The notes: generated from the letters alone by a model not told the origin. DNA of 61,435 nucleotides from Macrostomum lignano (GCA_002269645.1 NIVC01004081.1:1-61435); one strand, 5' to 3'. Counted from the first letter of the stretch, positions 1 to 14,264 are shown. Numbers and translations: made by a program.

Positions 1-89
1 TAAGTGGCTGTAAGCGGCTGTAAGTGGCTGTAAGCGGCTGTAAGTGGCTGTAAGTGGCTGTAAGTGGCTATAAGCGGCTGTAAGTGGCT
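1..89. repeat. 10-bp minisatellite (TAAG[T/C]GGCTG)n, truncated by window edge, in GPCR intron
   Basis: About 9 near-perfect units visible directly. Confidence 0.95.
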
Positions 90-187
90 TAGTGCATCTC
101 CGCTAGTATTTCTTGCTCAGCAAACAGTCAATGGGAAGTGATTTATTCACCTGGCCATCCAGCGGAGCGAGCTTGTTCACGAAGTAC

Positions 188-256
188 CTGCCAGCTCGAA
201 GGCTGAACGCGGCGAACAGGTTCACGTGAATGGCATTTCGCTGGCAATGCAGCCGT
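188..256 (-). CDS. Class B1 GPCR exon: ICL1/TM2 (RRLHCQRNAIHVNLFAAFSLRAG)
   Basis: Matches secretin-family motif RRLHCxRNxIHxxLFxSFxLRA; acceptor ttgcag|A (phase 2) fits the preceding exon; donor AG|GTAC. Confidence 0.9.
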
Positions 257-437
257 CTGCAAGGCAAAAGTATTGCTGCGATGAGGATTAGCAGTTGATT
301 ATCTATCGTAACTGCACACACGCTGCCACCTGAACAAATCAATCGGAAAGCAGAACTCGAAAGCAATTTCTTCTGCTGCCTTCTCTGCTCCGGGAGAGCT
401 TAAGAAGACACAACAACAGCTTGCAGTCTGATCGCAC

Positions 438-532
438 CTGAAAGCGGCCAAAATGCAGATGGCCGTCAGCAGCGAAGCCAACGACAGGCCGAAGCCGGCG
501 AACCCGATGCCGTCCAGAATGGTGATGTGCAT
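438..532 (-). CDS. Class B1 GPCR exon: TM1 (MHITILDGIGFAGFGLSLASLLTAICILAAFR)
   Basis: Class B TM1 signature (GxxLSLxSLxxAxxILxxFR); acceptor ccgcag|ATG phase 0; donor AG|GTGCG phase 2. Confidence 0.88.
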
Positions 533-574
533 CTGCGGCGTTTCATGGAGCATTAAACTGTTTTACAGAGTGAC

Positions 575-735
575 ACTGTTTACATGTGTCACTGTGTCTA
601 TGTGTCAATCACATCTGCTCTATGTGTCACTCACATCTGCCCTATGTGTCATTCACATCTGCTCTATGTGTCACTCACATCTGCTCTATGTGTCACTCAC
701 ATCTGCTCTATGTGTCACTCGCACCTGCATCATGT
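575..735. repeat. About 22-bp minisatellite (TCACATCTGCTCTATGTGTCAC)n in GPCR intron
   Basis: Several imperfect units visible. Confidence 0.85.
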
Positions 736-791
736 GACTAACAGAGCACCTCTTCAGCCTCATCTGCTCTCAGCGCTCCGCCGCAGCTCAC

Positions 792-1210
792 CTTAATCCA
801 CTCAGAGCCGGCCGGCATCTTCACCGGTGCCGGCTCGATGAGGCATTCGCTAAAGTTGGTCCAGCCGCCGCCGCCGGCACCGCCGCTGTCGTCAACGTCA
901 TCGCCGTCAAACTCGGTTGGCCTTCGCTGCCAGACGCCTCGGTCGGTGCACAGCCGGCTGGCGCGCCGGTGGCGTAGGACGTCGTTCAAATAGTCGGGGC
1001 AAGGCGCCGAGACCCTGGCGCCGGCCTCCGCGCTCGGCCAGCAGACGGCCACATCGAACTCGGGCGGGCAGCGCGGCCAGGAGGCCGAGACGGATTCGTT
1101 CTGCTCGGATCGGCCTCCAATCGAGAACTCGGCCACTCGACGACGGCAGATCAGCCTCTCCAGCAGCAATCGCTGGCGCTGCGTGCTGTTGGAGATGCTG
1201 TCCGGCGCAT
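792..1210 (-). CDS. Class B1 GPCR hormone-binding extracellular domain exon, proximal copy (ECD-B), intact
   Basis: DAPDSISNSTQRQRLLLERLIC...RCPPEFDVAVCWP...SAPCPDYLND...ASRLCTDRGVW...GWTNFSEC...EWIK; six conserved Cys plus Asp/Trp/Pro; acceptor ctgcag|AT phase 1; donor AAG|GTGAGC phase 0; 419 nt with open frame. Confidence 0.9.
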
Positions 1211-1224
1211 CTGCAGTTGTTGGG

Positions 1225-1475
1225 TTTGGAGTTTAAGAGGGCGGATTTGGAGTTTTAGAGAGCGGATTTGGAGTTTTAGAGAGCGGATTTGGAGTTTTAG
1301 AGGGCGGATTTGGAGTTTAAGAGGCGGATTTGGAGTTTTAGAAGGCGGATTTGGAGTTTTAGAAGGCGGATTTGGAGTTTTAGAAGGCGGATTTGGAGTT
1401 TTAGAAGGCGGATTTGGAGTTTTAGAAAGTGGATTTGGAGTTTTAGATGGCGGATTTGGAAGTTTAACAGGGCGG
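1225..1475. repeat. 21-bp minisatellite (GGCGGATTTGGAGTTTTAGAA)n abutting ECD-B acceptor
   Basis: About 12 units visible. Confidence 0.95.
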
Positions 1476-1961
1476 ATTGTAGAGTAAATTTTGAGAGCGA
1501 ATTGCGAATTTCGAAGCGAATTTGAATTTTTCCTTTTTGTGATGCCATTAGAGTAGCTCTAAGAATTCTGAGAAAGAGAACTTTTAGAAAGCAAAGCAGT
1601 CACAGGTCTTCCACTAAATCAACCGCTTTGTATAACTGCAAAGGTACTACGCTCGTAATTAGTAGTTGCCAGGTATACTCGTAGGAGAATTGTGACGATC
1701 TGTCATTTTATTACTAGCATTTATTAGATTCCTTTCAAAGTTCCGAATGCTGACATGCATTCAGTGAACTATTTCCTTCGACTATGTCAATGCTACTGCC
1801 ATTCTAGTATTGAGACATTTAATCTGTGCCCAGGTTATTAATCTGGGTGTGGGTTTTGTCAGGCGAGCACAAGGTGAGCAGGTGGGCAGGGCACACGTGA
1901 TCCTGGATTGCGTGCTCAGGACAGATCGCGGCTCCTCTGCACATAGTACGAGCTAGAAAAG

Positions 1962-2278
1962 ATGAGGTGGGGCAGGGAGTGAGGGGGGCAGGGAGTGAGG
2001 TGGGGCAGGGAGTGAGGTGGGGCAGGGAGTGAGGTGGGGCAGGGAGTGAAGTGGGGCAGGGAGTGAGGTGGGGCAGGGAGTGAAGTGGGGCAGGGAGTGA
2101 GGTGGGGCAGGGAGTGAGGAGGGGCAGGGAGTGAGGTGGGGCAGGGAGTGAGGTGGGGCAGGGAGTGAAGTGGGGCAGGGAGTGAGGCAGGGAGTGAAGT
2201 GGGCAGGGAGTGAGGTGGGGCAGGGAGTGAGGAGGGGCAGTGAGGTGGGGCAGGGAGTGAGGTGGGGAGGGAGTGAGG
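1962..2278. repeat. 17-18-bp G-rich minisatellite (GGGAGTGAGGTGGGGCA)n
   Basis: Units visible; related to the array at 4592-5270. Confidence 0.95.
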
Positions 2279-2351
2279 AAGAAGAGAGGGCGAATGAAGT
2301 AAGTTAGCGGGTGTAGCAGGGAGTGGGGAGCTCTTTTCAGCAGCTTCTCAC

Positions 2352-2715
2352 CTCCTCAACAATTTGAGCAAAGACTTTCTTATCCTTCGGTTTGCATTCG
2401 GTCAAGTCGGTAACCGCTTCGACGACGGCCGCCTTGCTGTCGCTGCCGTTGACAGTCGCGGGGGGAGGCCCGGGTGGGCATCGGCGCCAGGCCGACGCGG
2501 TGCCGTTGCCGCTGAAGAGGCTGGGCGGGCAGGCCGCTGCCATTTCGGCGCCGCTTCGGAGCGGCGGCCAGCAGAGGAGGCCGTCGAAGCTGCCGGGGCA
2601 GTCGGGAGGTTGTCGGAGCGCCAGTCGTCGAGGCGTCGCTCCAGCAGCGACATCTGGCAGGCGGCTTCGACGTCGCGCAGTTCGTCGACGATTTGAAGGA
2701 CTGCGTCAGCTGCAT
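2352..2715 (-). CDS. Second class B1 GPCR hormone-binding domain exon (ECD-A), with a 1-nt frameshift near 2604-2610 (error or pseudoexon)
   Basis: One frame gives DAADAVLQIVDELRDVEAACQMSLLERR; the adjacent frame gives PDCPGSFDGLLCWPPLRSGAEMAAACPPSLF...WRRCPPG...TDLTECKPKDKKVFAQIVEE; six Cys; acceptor tag|ATGCAGCTGAC resembles cag|ATGCGCCGGAC of ECD-B; donor GAG|GTGAGA phase 0; 364 nt, one short of in-frame. An alternative acceptor exists at 2731. Confidence 0.75.
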
Positions 2716-2834
2716 CTATGTCGGCTGCGGCCTGAATGTGAATAGAGATGGCTGAGTATTCAGAATGGGATCAGATGCAAACGATAACTTTGATAATGAT
2801 GCTGTTGTGTTTTTGTTTAAGATTCAATTATGAC

Positions 2835-3745
2835 GGGTGAGATTTGGTTCGTGTATAGAGTTAGATTCGATTGGCGAGGGTGGGATTCGATTGGGGAGGT
2901 TGAGATTCGATTGGAGAGGGTGAGATTCGATTGGCGAGGGTGGGATTCGATTGGGGAGGTTGAGATTCGATTGGAGAGGGTGAGATTCGATTGGGGAGGT
3001 TGAGATTCGATTGATGAGGGTGAGATTCGATTAGAAAGGGTGAGATTCGATTGATGAGGGTGAGATTCGATTGAAGAGGTTGAGATTCGATTGATGAGGG
3101 TGAGATTCAATTAGAAAGGGTGAGATTCGATTGATGAGGGTGAGATTCGATTGGAGAGGGTGAGATTCGATTGATGAGGGTGAGATTCGATTAGAAAGGG
3201 TGAGATTCGATTGATTAGGGTGAGATTCGATTGATGAGGGTGAGATTCGATTAGAAAGGGTGAGATTCGATTGATGAGGGTGAGATTCGATTAGAAAGGG
3301 TGAGATTCGATTGATGAGGGTGAGATTCGATTAGAAAGGGTGAGATTCGATTGATGAGGGTGAGATTCGATTGATGAGGGTGAGATTCGATTAGAAAGGG
3401 TGAGATTTGATTGATGAGGGTAAGATTCGATTGGTGAAGGTGAAATCCGATTGGTGAAGGTGAGATTCGATTGACGAGAGTGAAATTCGATTGGGGAGGG
3501 TAAGATTTGATTGATGAGGGTGAGATTCGATTTCGGAAAGTGAGATTCGCTCTGGGAGGGTGAGATTCGATTTCGAAAAGTGAGATTCGATTGGGGAGGG
3601 TGAGATTCGATTTCGGAAAGTGAGATTCGCTCTGGGAGGGTAAGATTCAATTGAGGAGGGTAAGATTCAATTGAGGAGGGTAAGATTCAATTGAGGAGGG
3701 TAAGATTCGATTGCAGAGAGTGAGCTTTGATTGGGGAGGAGAAAA
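2835..3745. repeat. 20-bp minisatellite (GGGTGAGATTCGATTGATGA and variants)n
   Basis: About 45 units visible. Confidence 0.95.
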
Positions 3746-4591
3746 TTCAATTGAGCATTGAAGCTTGAAGAAGTCTGTTAGTGAAATCTTGGAAGCGGCA
3801 CAAAGGACGAGAGCAGGAGTTGTTTCAGATCGGCCCAGCCTTTGTTCCTCTTGTTCCTCTCTTCAAAAGACAAATGGATCCTACTTCGTTCTCAAAGCCG
3901 CTTCGAAAATGTTTTTTTTGAGTCAAGGAAAAGCGAGGCGGGGGAAAAGTGGACGGAAATTTCCAAATTTGTCCCGCACGCCTCTGCCCGCCTCTACCCC
4001 GCTTTTCTGTCCGTCTATCGGCGCACCTTTTTCTGGCCTGCTTTGCAATATTTCAGCACGGGCTGTTTGCTTTTTGAGCAGATTGCAGCTTCACATTTTT
4101 GTCGGAAAATGCCCTGCCCAAACTTTGTCTTTTTTTTCCCTTGGCCCAGCCTAATTGCCGAGAGCTTGCAGAAGGCGGGCATCCCCCTGCTGGATAGAGA
4201 AATTGAGGGAGCGGCAAAGCAACACTTTTATATAGGAATTCGCGTGCAGAGATAGACAAGGGGATAAAGGAGAGAGACGGAGGAGGAAGTAATACTAAAA
4301 TATAAAAAATTCTGCCGACCCCTGTCATTGTGTTGTCAAGTAAGCAGGCTGCATGCTCACCAGCATCATGCCTAGTTACCAGAAGTACGTATTGCAATGT
4401 ACATTCGCTCGGGCCACGGTGCCTACTACTACAAAATATTTAGGCGAAAAAGATGGAGAGACGGCTGTTCAATTTTTGGGCGGCGCTGCGGAATCTGGCC
4501 GACTCCTGGTGGAGAAGAAGCTCACGCTGGAAGCGGCAAAGAATATTGCCCTCGCGGCGAAGATCGCAAGGTTGGAAACAGTGCTAGGGCT

Positions 4592-5270
4592 AGGGAGTGA
4601 GGAGGGGCAAGGGAGTGAGGAGGGGCAAGGGAGTGAGGAGGGGCAAGGGAATGGGGAGGGGCAAGAGAGTGAGGAGGGGCAAGGGAATGGGAGAGGGCAA
4701 GAGAGTGAGGAAAGGAGGAAAGGAGGAAAGCAGAAAAAAGGCCTCCTTTCTCCTCCTTTCCTCCTAAAAGGCAAGGGAGTGAGGAGGGGCAAGGGAGTGA
4801 GGAGGGGCAAGGGAGTGAGGAGGGGCAAGGGAGTGAGGAGGGCAAGGGAGTGAGGAGGGGCAAGGGAGTGAGGAGGGGCAAGGGAGTGAGGAGGGGCAAG
4901 GGAGTGAGGAGGGGCAAGGGAGTGAGGAGGGGCAAGGGAGTGAGGAGGGCAAGGGAGTGAGGAGGGGCAAGGGAGTGAGGAGGGCAAGGGAGTGAGGAGG
5001 GGCAAGGAGTGAGGGGGCAAGGGAGTGAGGAGGGGCAAGGGAGTGAGGAGGGCAAGGAGTGAGGAGGGGCAAGGGAGTGAGGAGGGGCAAGGGAGTGAGG
5101 AGGGGCAAGGGAGTGAAGAGGGGCAAGGGAGTGAGGAGGGGCAAGGGAGTGAGGAGGGGCAAGGGAGTGAGGAGGGGCAAGGAGTGAGGAGGGGCAAGGG
5201 AGTGAGGAGGGGCAAGGGAGTGAGGAGGGGCAAGGGAGTGAGGAGGGGCAAGGGAGTGAGGAGGGGCAGG
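4592..5270. repeat. 18-bp G-rich minisatellite (GGGAGTGAGGAGGGGCAA)n
   Basis: Units visible; explains the spurious ORFs at 4353-5339. Confidence 0.95.
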
Positions 5271-5309
5271 GCTAAGGACTACCGGCGTAATGAGACTCGA
5301 TTGCAACCC

Positions 5310-5460
5310 CTGAATAAGCACGCAACACGCTCACACTGAGTGTACTTACGGCTCTGATTTCTCATCGTGTGGTGTTTGTGTGACTCGAATCGACACCCAA
5401 ACTAATGTCGGGCCTTTTGCGAAATCGAACTCAGGTTGTTTAGCTCATGTTAGAGTTTGG
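5310..5460 (-). mobile_element. Degenerate copy of tRNA-derived SINE-like element
   Basis: Shares ACGCTCACAC..G.GTGTAC with the copies at 20 kb and 33 kb; B-box-like GAGTTCGATT on the minus strand. Confidence 0.4.
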
Positions 5461-5840
5461 GTTAGGGCGATAAAACTATGGGCGACAGAGAGGAGAGGTG
5501 GCCAAAACAACGGAAAAAGCCGGTTAGCATTGAGGCAAAGTAGGGTGCTTAATAAATTCCTATAATTTTGGCACTCAAAATTCTAAATCTGAAAGAGCCG
5601 CGTCACTTACACTGACAGCACCGGATACCGCAACCAGATAGATGACGCAGTGGATGGCTGCTCGAAAATTCATGTCGAACAAATTTCCCCAGACTTGGCT
5701 GGAAGTTCTCTTGCCGGCAGTGGGCGGAAGGAGAAAAAGATACGTTAAATACACTTGTTGAAGTGCTCGGGTCCGAGGACCAATAGAAACCGACTCGAAT
5801 TGGGATTGGCCGACTGCCAGAGCTGGGGATGCCAGCTGTT

Positions 5841-9030
<3,190 letters not shown>

Positions 9031-9064
9031 AACTAACTGATTTTCGAATTTCGGGCATCTCTCC

Positions 9065-9190
9065 TTGCCTTGGGGGTTGGCCCTCATGGACGCGAATCGC
9101 GGAGGTCCGAATTTCGGCGCACGAACCCTAACCGTGAGCGCAGAATCGAACCCGGGGCGACTCTGGCGCTCCGACACCCAGCCCCGCCAA
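9065..9190 (-). mobile_element. SINE-like copy, 3'-truncated just before the (TTAG)n array
   Basis: Minus strand: tRNA-like head with GGTTCGATTC B box, followed by CCATGAGGGCCAACCCCCAAGGCA, which is shared with other copies. Confidence 0.55.
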
Positions 9191-9608
9191 TGGTCTTCAC
9201 AATTTGCAGAATGCCACTGATCTCGAATGTCTTTCCCTGCAGTGGCTTGTAGTTGCCGCGTACACAAGTACAAAAACACAAAGGGATTAACTCTGTCCTG
9301 CTAATTAATGAGAAATACTTCCCGGCAGCGGCTGTTCAAGCATTAATAAGGGAGATTCGTTGACAAAAGGCACGAAGGAGTGCAGGCGATCAGCTCACTG
9401 AGCAGTGCCCGACACAGCTCTTTCTGCCTTCCCTACCTCGCCGCTGACTTTCATAGCTTGCAAGAGTCCTAAATCATTAGTGCAGCTCATCGGTGAGCCG
9501 CCTGCCTGCTGGAGATAAGCGGCTTTGAGTCCCCGCCGTTCTGCCGCTCTGAGCACTTCATCAACTGCTCTGGCGGGACCGAGTCTGCCGGAACCTGACT
9601 CTGACGCC

Positions 9609-10092
9609 ACTCTACTCTACTCTACTCCACTTAGTCAACTCTATTCCATCTAGTCTACTCTACTCCACCTAGTCTACTCTACTCCACTTAGTCTACTCTA
9701 CTCCACCTAGTCTACTCTACTCCACATAGTCTACTCTACTCCACCTAGTCTACTCTACTCCACTTAGTCTACTCTACTCCACTTAGTCTACTCTACTCCA
9801 CCTAGTCTACTCTACTCCACCTAGTCTACTCTACTCCACCTAGTCTACTTTACTCCACCTAGTCTACTCTACTCCACCTAGTCTACTCTACTCTACCCAG
9901 TCTGCTCTACTCCACCTAGTCTACTCTACTCCACTTAGTCTACTCTACTCCACCTAGTCTACTCTACTCCACCTAGTCTACTCTACTCCACCTAGTCTAC
10001 TCTACTCCACCTAGTCTACTTTACTCCACCTAGTCTACTCTACTCCACCTAGTCTACTCTACTCTACCCAGTCTGCTCTACTCTACCCAGTC
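9609..10092. repeat. 20-bp minisatellite (TAGTCTACTCTACTCCACC[T])n
   Basis: About 24 units visible. Confidence 0.95.
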
Positions 10093-10593
10093 TACTCTAC
10101 TCTACCCAGTGTACTCATCAGCAAAAAGTCCAAACCATCATCAAGTTTGTTGTTATGGTTGCGTGATTTCGAAAGAACCAACTATAATTAGCCATCAGAG
10201 CAGCTGCGTCTCAGTCTTTTGAGAAAATGCTCATATCAGGCAAGCAAGATGCTCCCGTCTCAAGGGCATTCGCGGGCTCCCGTTTAGATTAAATTGAATT
10301 TTCTGTTTATCTCGTCTTTTGCTCTCGCTACAGATGCAGGTAGTGATGAGGCGGGCTTAATTAAAAGAAAATTCATCTAAGTCTTCAATTTCGGCAGGAA
10401 ATTTCTCATAACAAAAAACCTTTAATCTCAGGGTGTTGGATTCTTTGAAAATTATATTCAAGACAGTCTACTTTAAGTAGTTGATTGAAGTTATTGTTTT
10501 CTTGAGGAGAGAAAAAATCTTCTAGTTGCTTGAAAATGTAGATTTAATACATTAGGGATCTCTGAGTGATTTGGGATCTCTAAACAATTTGAG

Positions 10594-11600
10594 ATCTGAG
10601 GGATCTGGGACCTGTCAGCGAGGATCTGGGACCTGAGGGATCTGGGACCTGTCAGCGAGGATCTGGGACCTGAGGGATCTGGGACCTGTCAGCGAGGATC
10701 TGGGACCTGAGGGATCTGGGACCTGTCAGCGAGGATCTGGGACCTGTCAGCGAGGATCTGGGACCTGAGGGATCTGGGACCTGTCAGCGAGGATCTGGGA
10801 CCTGAGGGATCTGGGACCTGTCAGCGAGGATCTGGGACCTGTCAGCGAGGATCTGGGACCTGAGGGATCTGGGACCTGTCAGCGAGGATCTGGGACCTGA
10901 GGGATCTGGGACCTGTCAGCGAGGATCTGGGACCTGTCAGCGAGGATCTGGGACCTGAGGGATCTGGGACCTGTCAGCGAGGATCTGGGACCTGAGGGAT
11001 CTGGGACCTGTCAGCGAGGATCTGGGACCTGAGGGATCTGGGACCTGTCAGCGAGGATCTGGTACCTGAGGGACCTGGGACCTTTCAGCGAGGATCTGGG
11101 ACCTAAGGGATCTGGGACCTGTCAGCGAGAATCTGGGACCTAAGGGATCTGGGACCTGTCAACGAGGATCTGGGACCTGAGAGATCTGGGAGGATTTGGG
11201 ACCTGTCAGTGAGGATCTGGGACCTGAGGGATCTGGGACCTGAGGGATCTGGGACCTGAGGGATCTGGGACCTGAGGGATCTGGGACCTGAGGGATCTGG
11301 GACCTGAGGGATCTGGGACCTGAGGGATCTGGGACCTGAGGGATCTGGGACCTGAGGGATCTGGGACCTGAGGGATCTGGGACCTGAGGGATCTGGGACC
11401 TGAGGGATCTGGGACCTGAGGGATCTGGGACCTGAGGGATCTGGGACCTGAGGGATCTGGGACCTGAGGGATCTGGGACCTGAGGGATCTGGGACCTGAG
11501 GGATCTGGGACCTGAGGGATCTGGGACCTGAGGGATCTGGGACCTGAGGGATCTGGGACCTGAGGGATCTGGGACCTGTCATTGCGGATCTGGGATCTGA
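10594..11600. repeat. Composite minisatellite of 16-bp (GAGGGATCTGGGACCT) and 21-bp (GTCAGCGAGGATCTGGGACCT) units
   Basis: Alternating units to about 11200, then a pure 16-mer run. Confidence 0.95.
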
Positions 11601-11959
11601 AGATGTGTTCTACAATAGTAAGGGATTTAGGATGCCATTTTTGTAACATTTTATTACTCCAAACTTTGATTCCTTTCCCATCGAATTGCGAAGTTATAGT
11701 TTCTGTTATTCTCTCAATTTCCAGCAAAAGAATACCTAAGCCAAAGCTTTTCAATTATAAAAATCCTTCTAGCAGCATTCGAAAGACACACCGGATGGCT
11801 CGAACCCGGCCAAAATGCTACAGTCTCCCTGCGGCCTGGCGGTGATTCATGTTTGCTAGCAAAGCGTTTCGATTGAACTGGCTTAGCGGAAGCCCTTCTT
11901 CAAACTCTGAAAAATATGAATGTTAACTTTAGAAATCAAGTTAAAATTTGAGAAAGACA

Positions 11960-12370
11960 GGTGATCTGGGATCTAACACTGAGGATCTGGGATCTGACTT
12001 TGAGGATCTGGGGTCTGACATAGACTTTTTTGGGACCTAACAGTGAGGATCTGGGATCTGACATTGAGGATCTGTGATCTGACATTGAGGATCTAAGATC
12101 TGGGGTCTGACATAGACTTTTTTGGGACCTAACACTGAGGATCTGTGATCTGAAATTGAGGATCTGTGATCTGAAATTGAGGATCTAGGATCTGACATTG
12201 AGGATCTGGAATCTGACATTGAGGATCGGGAATCTGACATTGAGGATCTAGGATCTGACATTGAGGATCTGGAATCTGACATTGAGGATCTGGGATCTGA
12301 CATTGAGGATCTGGAATCTGACATTGAGGATCTGGGATCTGACATTGAGGATCTGGGATCTGACATTGAG
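11960..12370. repeat. 21-bp minisatellite (GAGGATCTGGGATCTGACATT)n
   Basis: Units visible; shares the GAGGATCTGGGA core with the previous array. Confidence 0.9.
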
Positions 12371-12974
12371 GAGATACGAGAGCCTGCTGTCGGACAAACT
12401 GGAATTGCCTGTTTCAGAACGAAGGAGGCTCAAGGCAGAACAGTGCACAGCCGGTAGTAGTGCAGGCCTGACAGCCCATGACATCCGTAGAGACGGAAAT
12501 AAGCGATTTCGATGGCGATTAGCAAGGGTTACTTTTTCTGCATGATGGGTTTGGGATAATGGCTGCAAAATATCCCTTCAGCCTTTGTCGGGCTCCGCAA
12601 TGCGGCTAGGGGATCAGGACCCCAGCCCCCTCTCCGTCCCTCTCTATATAAACACGCGCAGACAGTTGCTGATACAGACATTGGCATCGGGGAGATCGAG
12701 AAATCCCATTAGCGGGGAGTCTTGAATTCCCCAACCTGGGAGGCCTGCACCTGTCCAGCTCCGATCCCAAAATCGTCTAATTTCTCATTTTTTATTCGAA
12801 ATCTTCCACTAAAAGATGAAATGCAAAAATAAACTCTGGATTAAAAGTTTGAGGCAAGATGGGGCCGGTGGATGGGATGCGGTCGGCTGTATTCCCAACA
12901 GAGTACAATAAATGGGTTGTCTGGGGCGATTTTCCTCGAACAGGTGGGCCGAAGAGGCTTAAAAGCAGGAAAAG

Positions 12975-13421
12975 TCAGGAACTCAATTGGTCAGGACTAA
13001 AGTGGGTCAGGAATAAAATGGGTCAGGAACTCAATGGGTCAGGAATATAATGGGTCAGGAATATAATGGGTCAGGAATAAATGGGTCAGGAATAAATGGG
13101 TCAGGAATAAATGGGGCAGGAATATAATGGGTCAGGAATATAATAGGTCAGGAATAAAATAGGTCAGGAATAAAATAGGTCAGGAATATAATGGGTCAGG
13201 AACAGTGTGGGTCAGGAACAGTGTGGGTCAGGAACAGTGTGGGTCAGGAACAGTGTGGGTCAGGAACAGTGTGGGTCAGGAACAGTGTGGGTCAGGAACA
13301 GTGTGGGTCAGGAACAGTATGGGTCAGGAACAGTGTGGGTCAGGAACAGCGTGGGTCAGGAACAGTGTGGGTCAGGAACAGTGTGGGCCAGGAACAGTGT
13401 GGGTCAGGAACAGTGTGGGTC
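12975..13421. repeat. 15-16-bp minisatellite (GGGTCAGGAACAGTGT / GGGTCAGGAATAAAT)n
   Basis: Two variant zones visible. Confidence 0.93.
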
Positions 13422-14264
13422 ATAGTCACGGGGATTTGCAGAGGTTCTCCTTCTCAAGAAGTGGCAAAGACAAAGTCGAGCATGCAGTTAAACTAGAAGC
13501 AACTGCCAGGCACTTGCAAGCAGAAATTAATTAATTTTCGTTACTGAGTTGCACAAAGTCATTCTCTGCCGAAGCCGGAAATTTTTCTAAGAAACAAGCT
13601 TTGATCCGTTGCAGGCATTGCTCAAACGGGGGGGTGGGCGCGAGTTGGTGGAGGTTGAAGAAGATCAGAAGCGGATTAAAAACTCGCGTGAGGCTTCGCG
13701 TCCTCGCGGCCTGTGGCATCTCGAAGAAGGCAAGGCAGAGAGTTGAGCGCGAAATTTTGTCACCACGCGATGCTGCCGCAGGGGGGGGGAGGGCAGGCGC
13801 TTATCGCAAAGTCTGCCAGCCCGTTATTTAGGCTCCGTATTAAACAGCCGAGCGGGCAAAGGGGCAAGCCATGCGTGCAGATTAATGTGCGCCCTCCCTA
13901 TCCATTCCTCCATACACTTTTCCTCGCTTAGGAAGTCTACCGGCAGCCGCCCTCCCCAGAGACGGTGGAAGCCATTTAGCTAGTGAGCAGCTGCAGCGAT
14001 TTCTTTCATGAGTAGCTTCGTTGTCAGGGCATTGAGAAGCCCCTAACGAAGTTGCTTGTCTCGAATGGTTGGGCAACTATCCTCCTTGTAGGTTAACTAA
14101 CATTTTGTGCCTCGTAAACACTTTTACATTTTCTACTTAGCCTTAACCGAAGAGAAAATTGAACAGTTGCCAACCTGCTTTACAACCGAATTCGGGTCAC
14201 TCACTGTTCTGCCTCTGTTCGGACTGGCAATCCTAAGTAATAAAGTCACTTTCCAGTCTGTCAC

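Noticed and set aside
9065-9190. Functional tRNA gene
   Set aside because: A B box is present, but I cannot fold a cloverleaf, there is no oligo-T terminator, and it continues into the shared SINE-like body.
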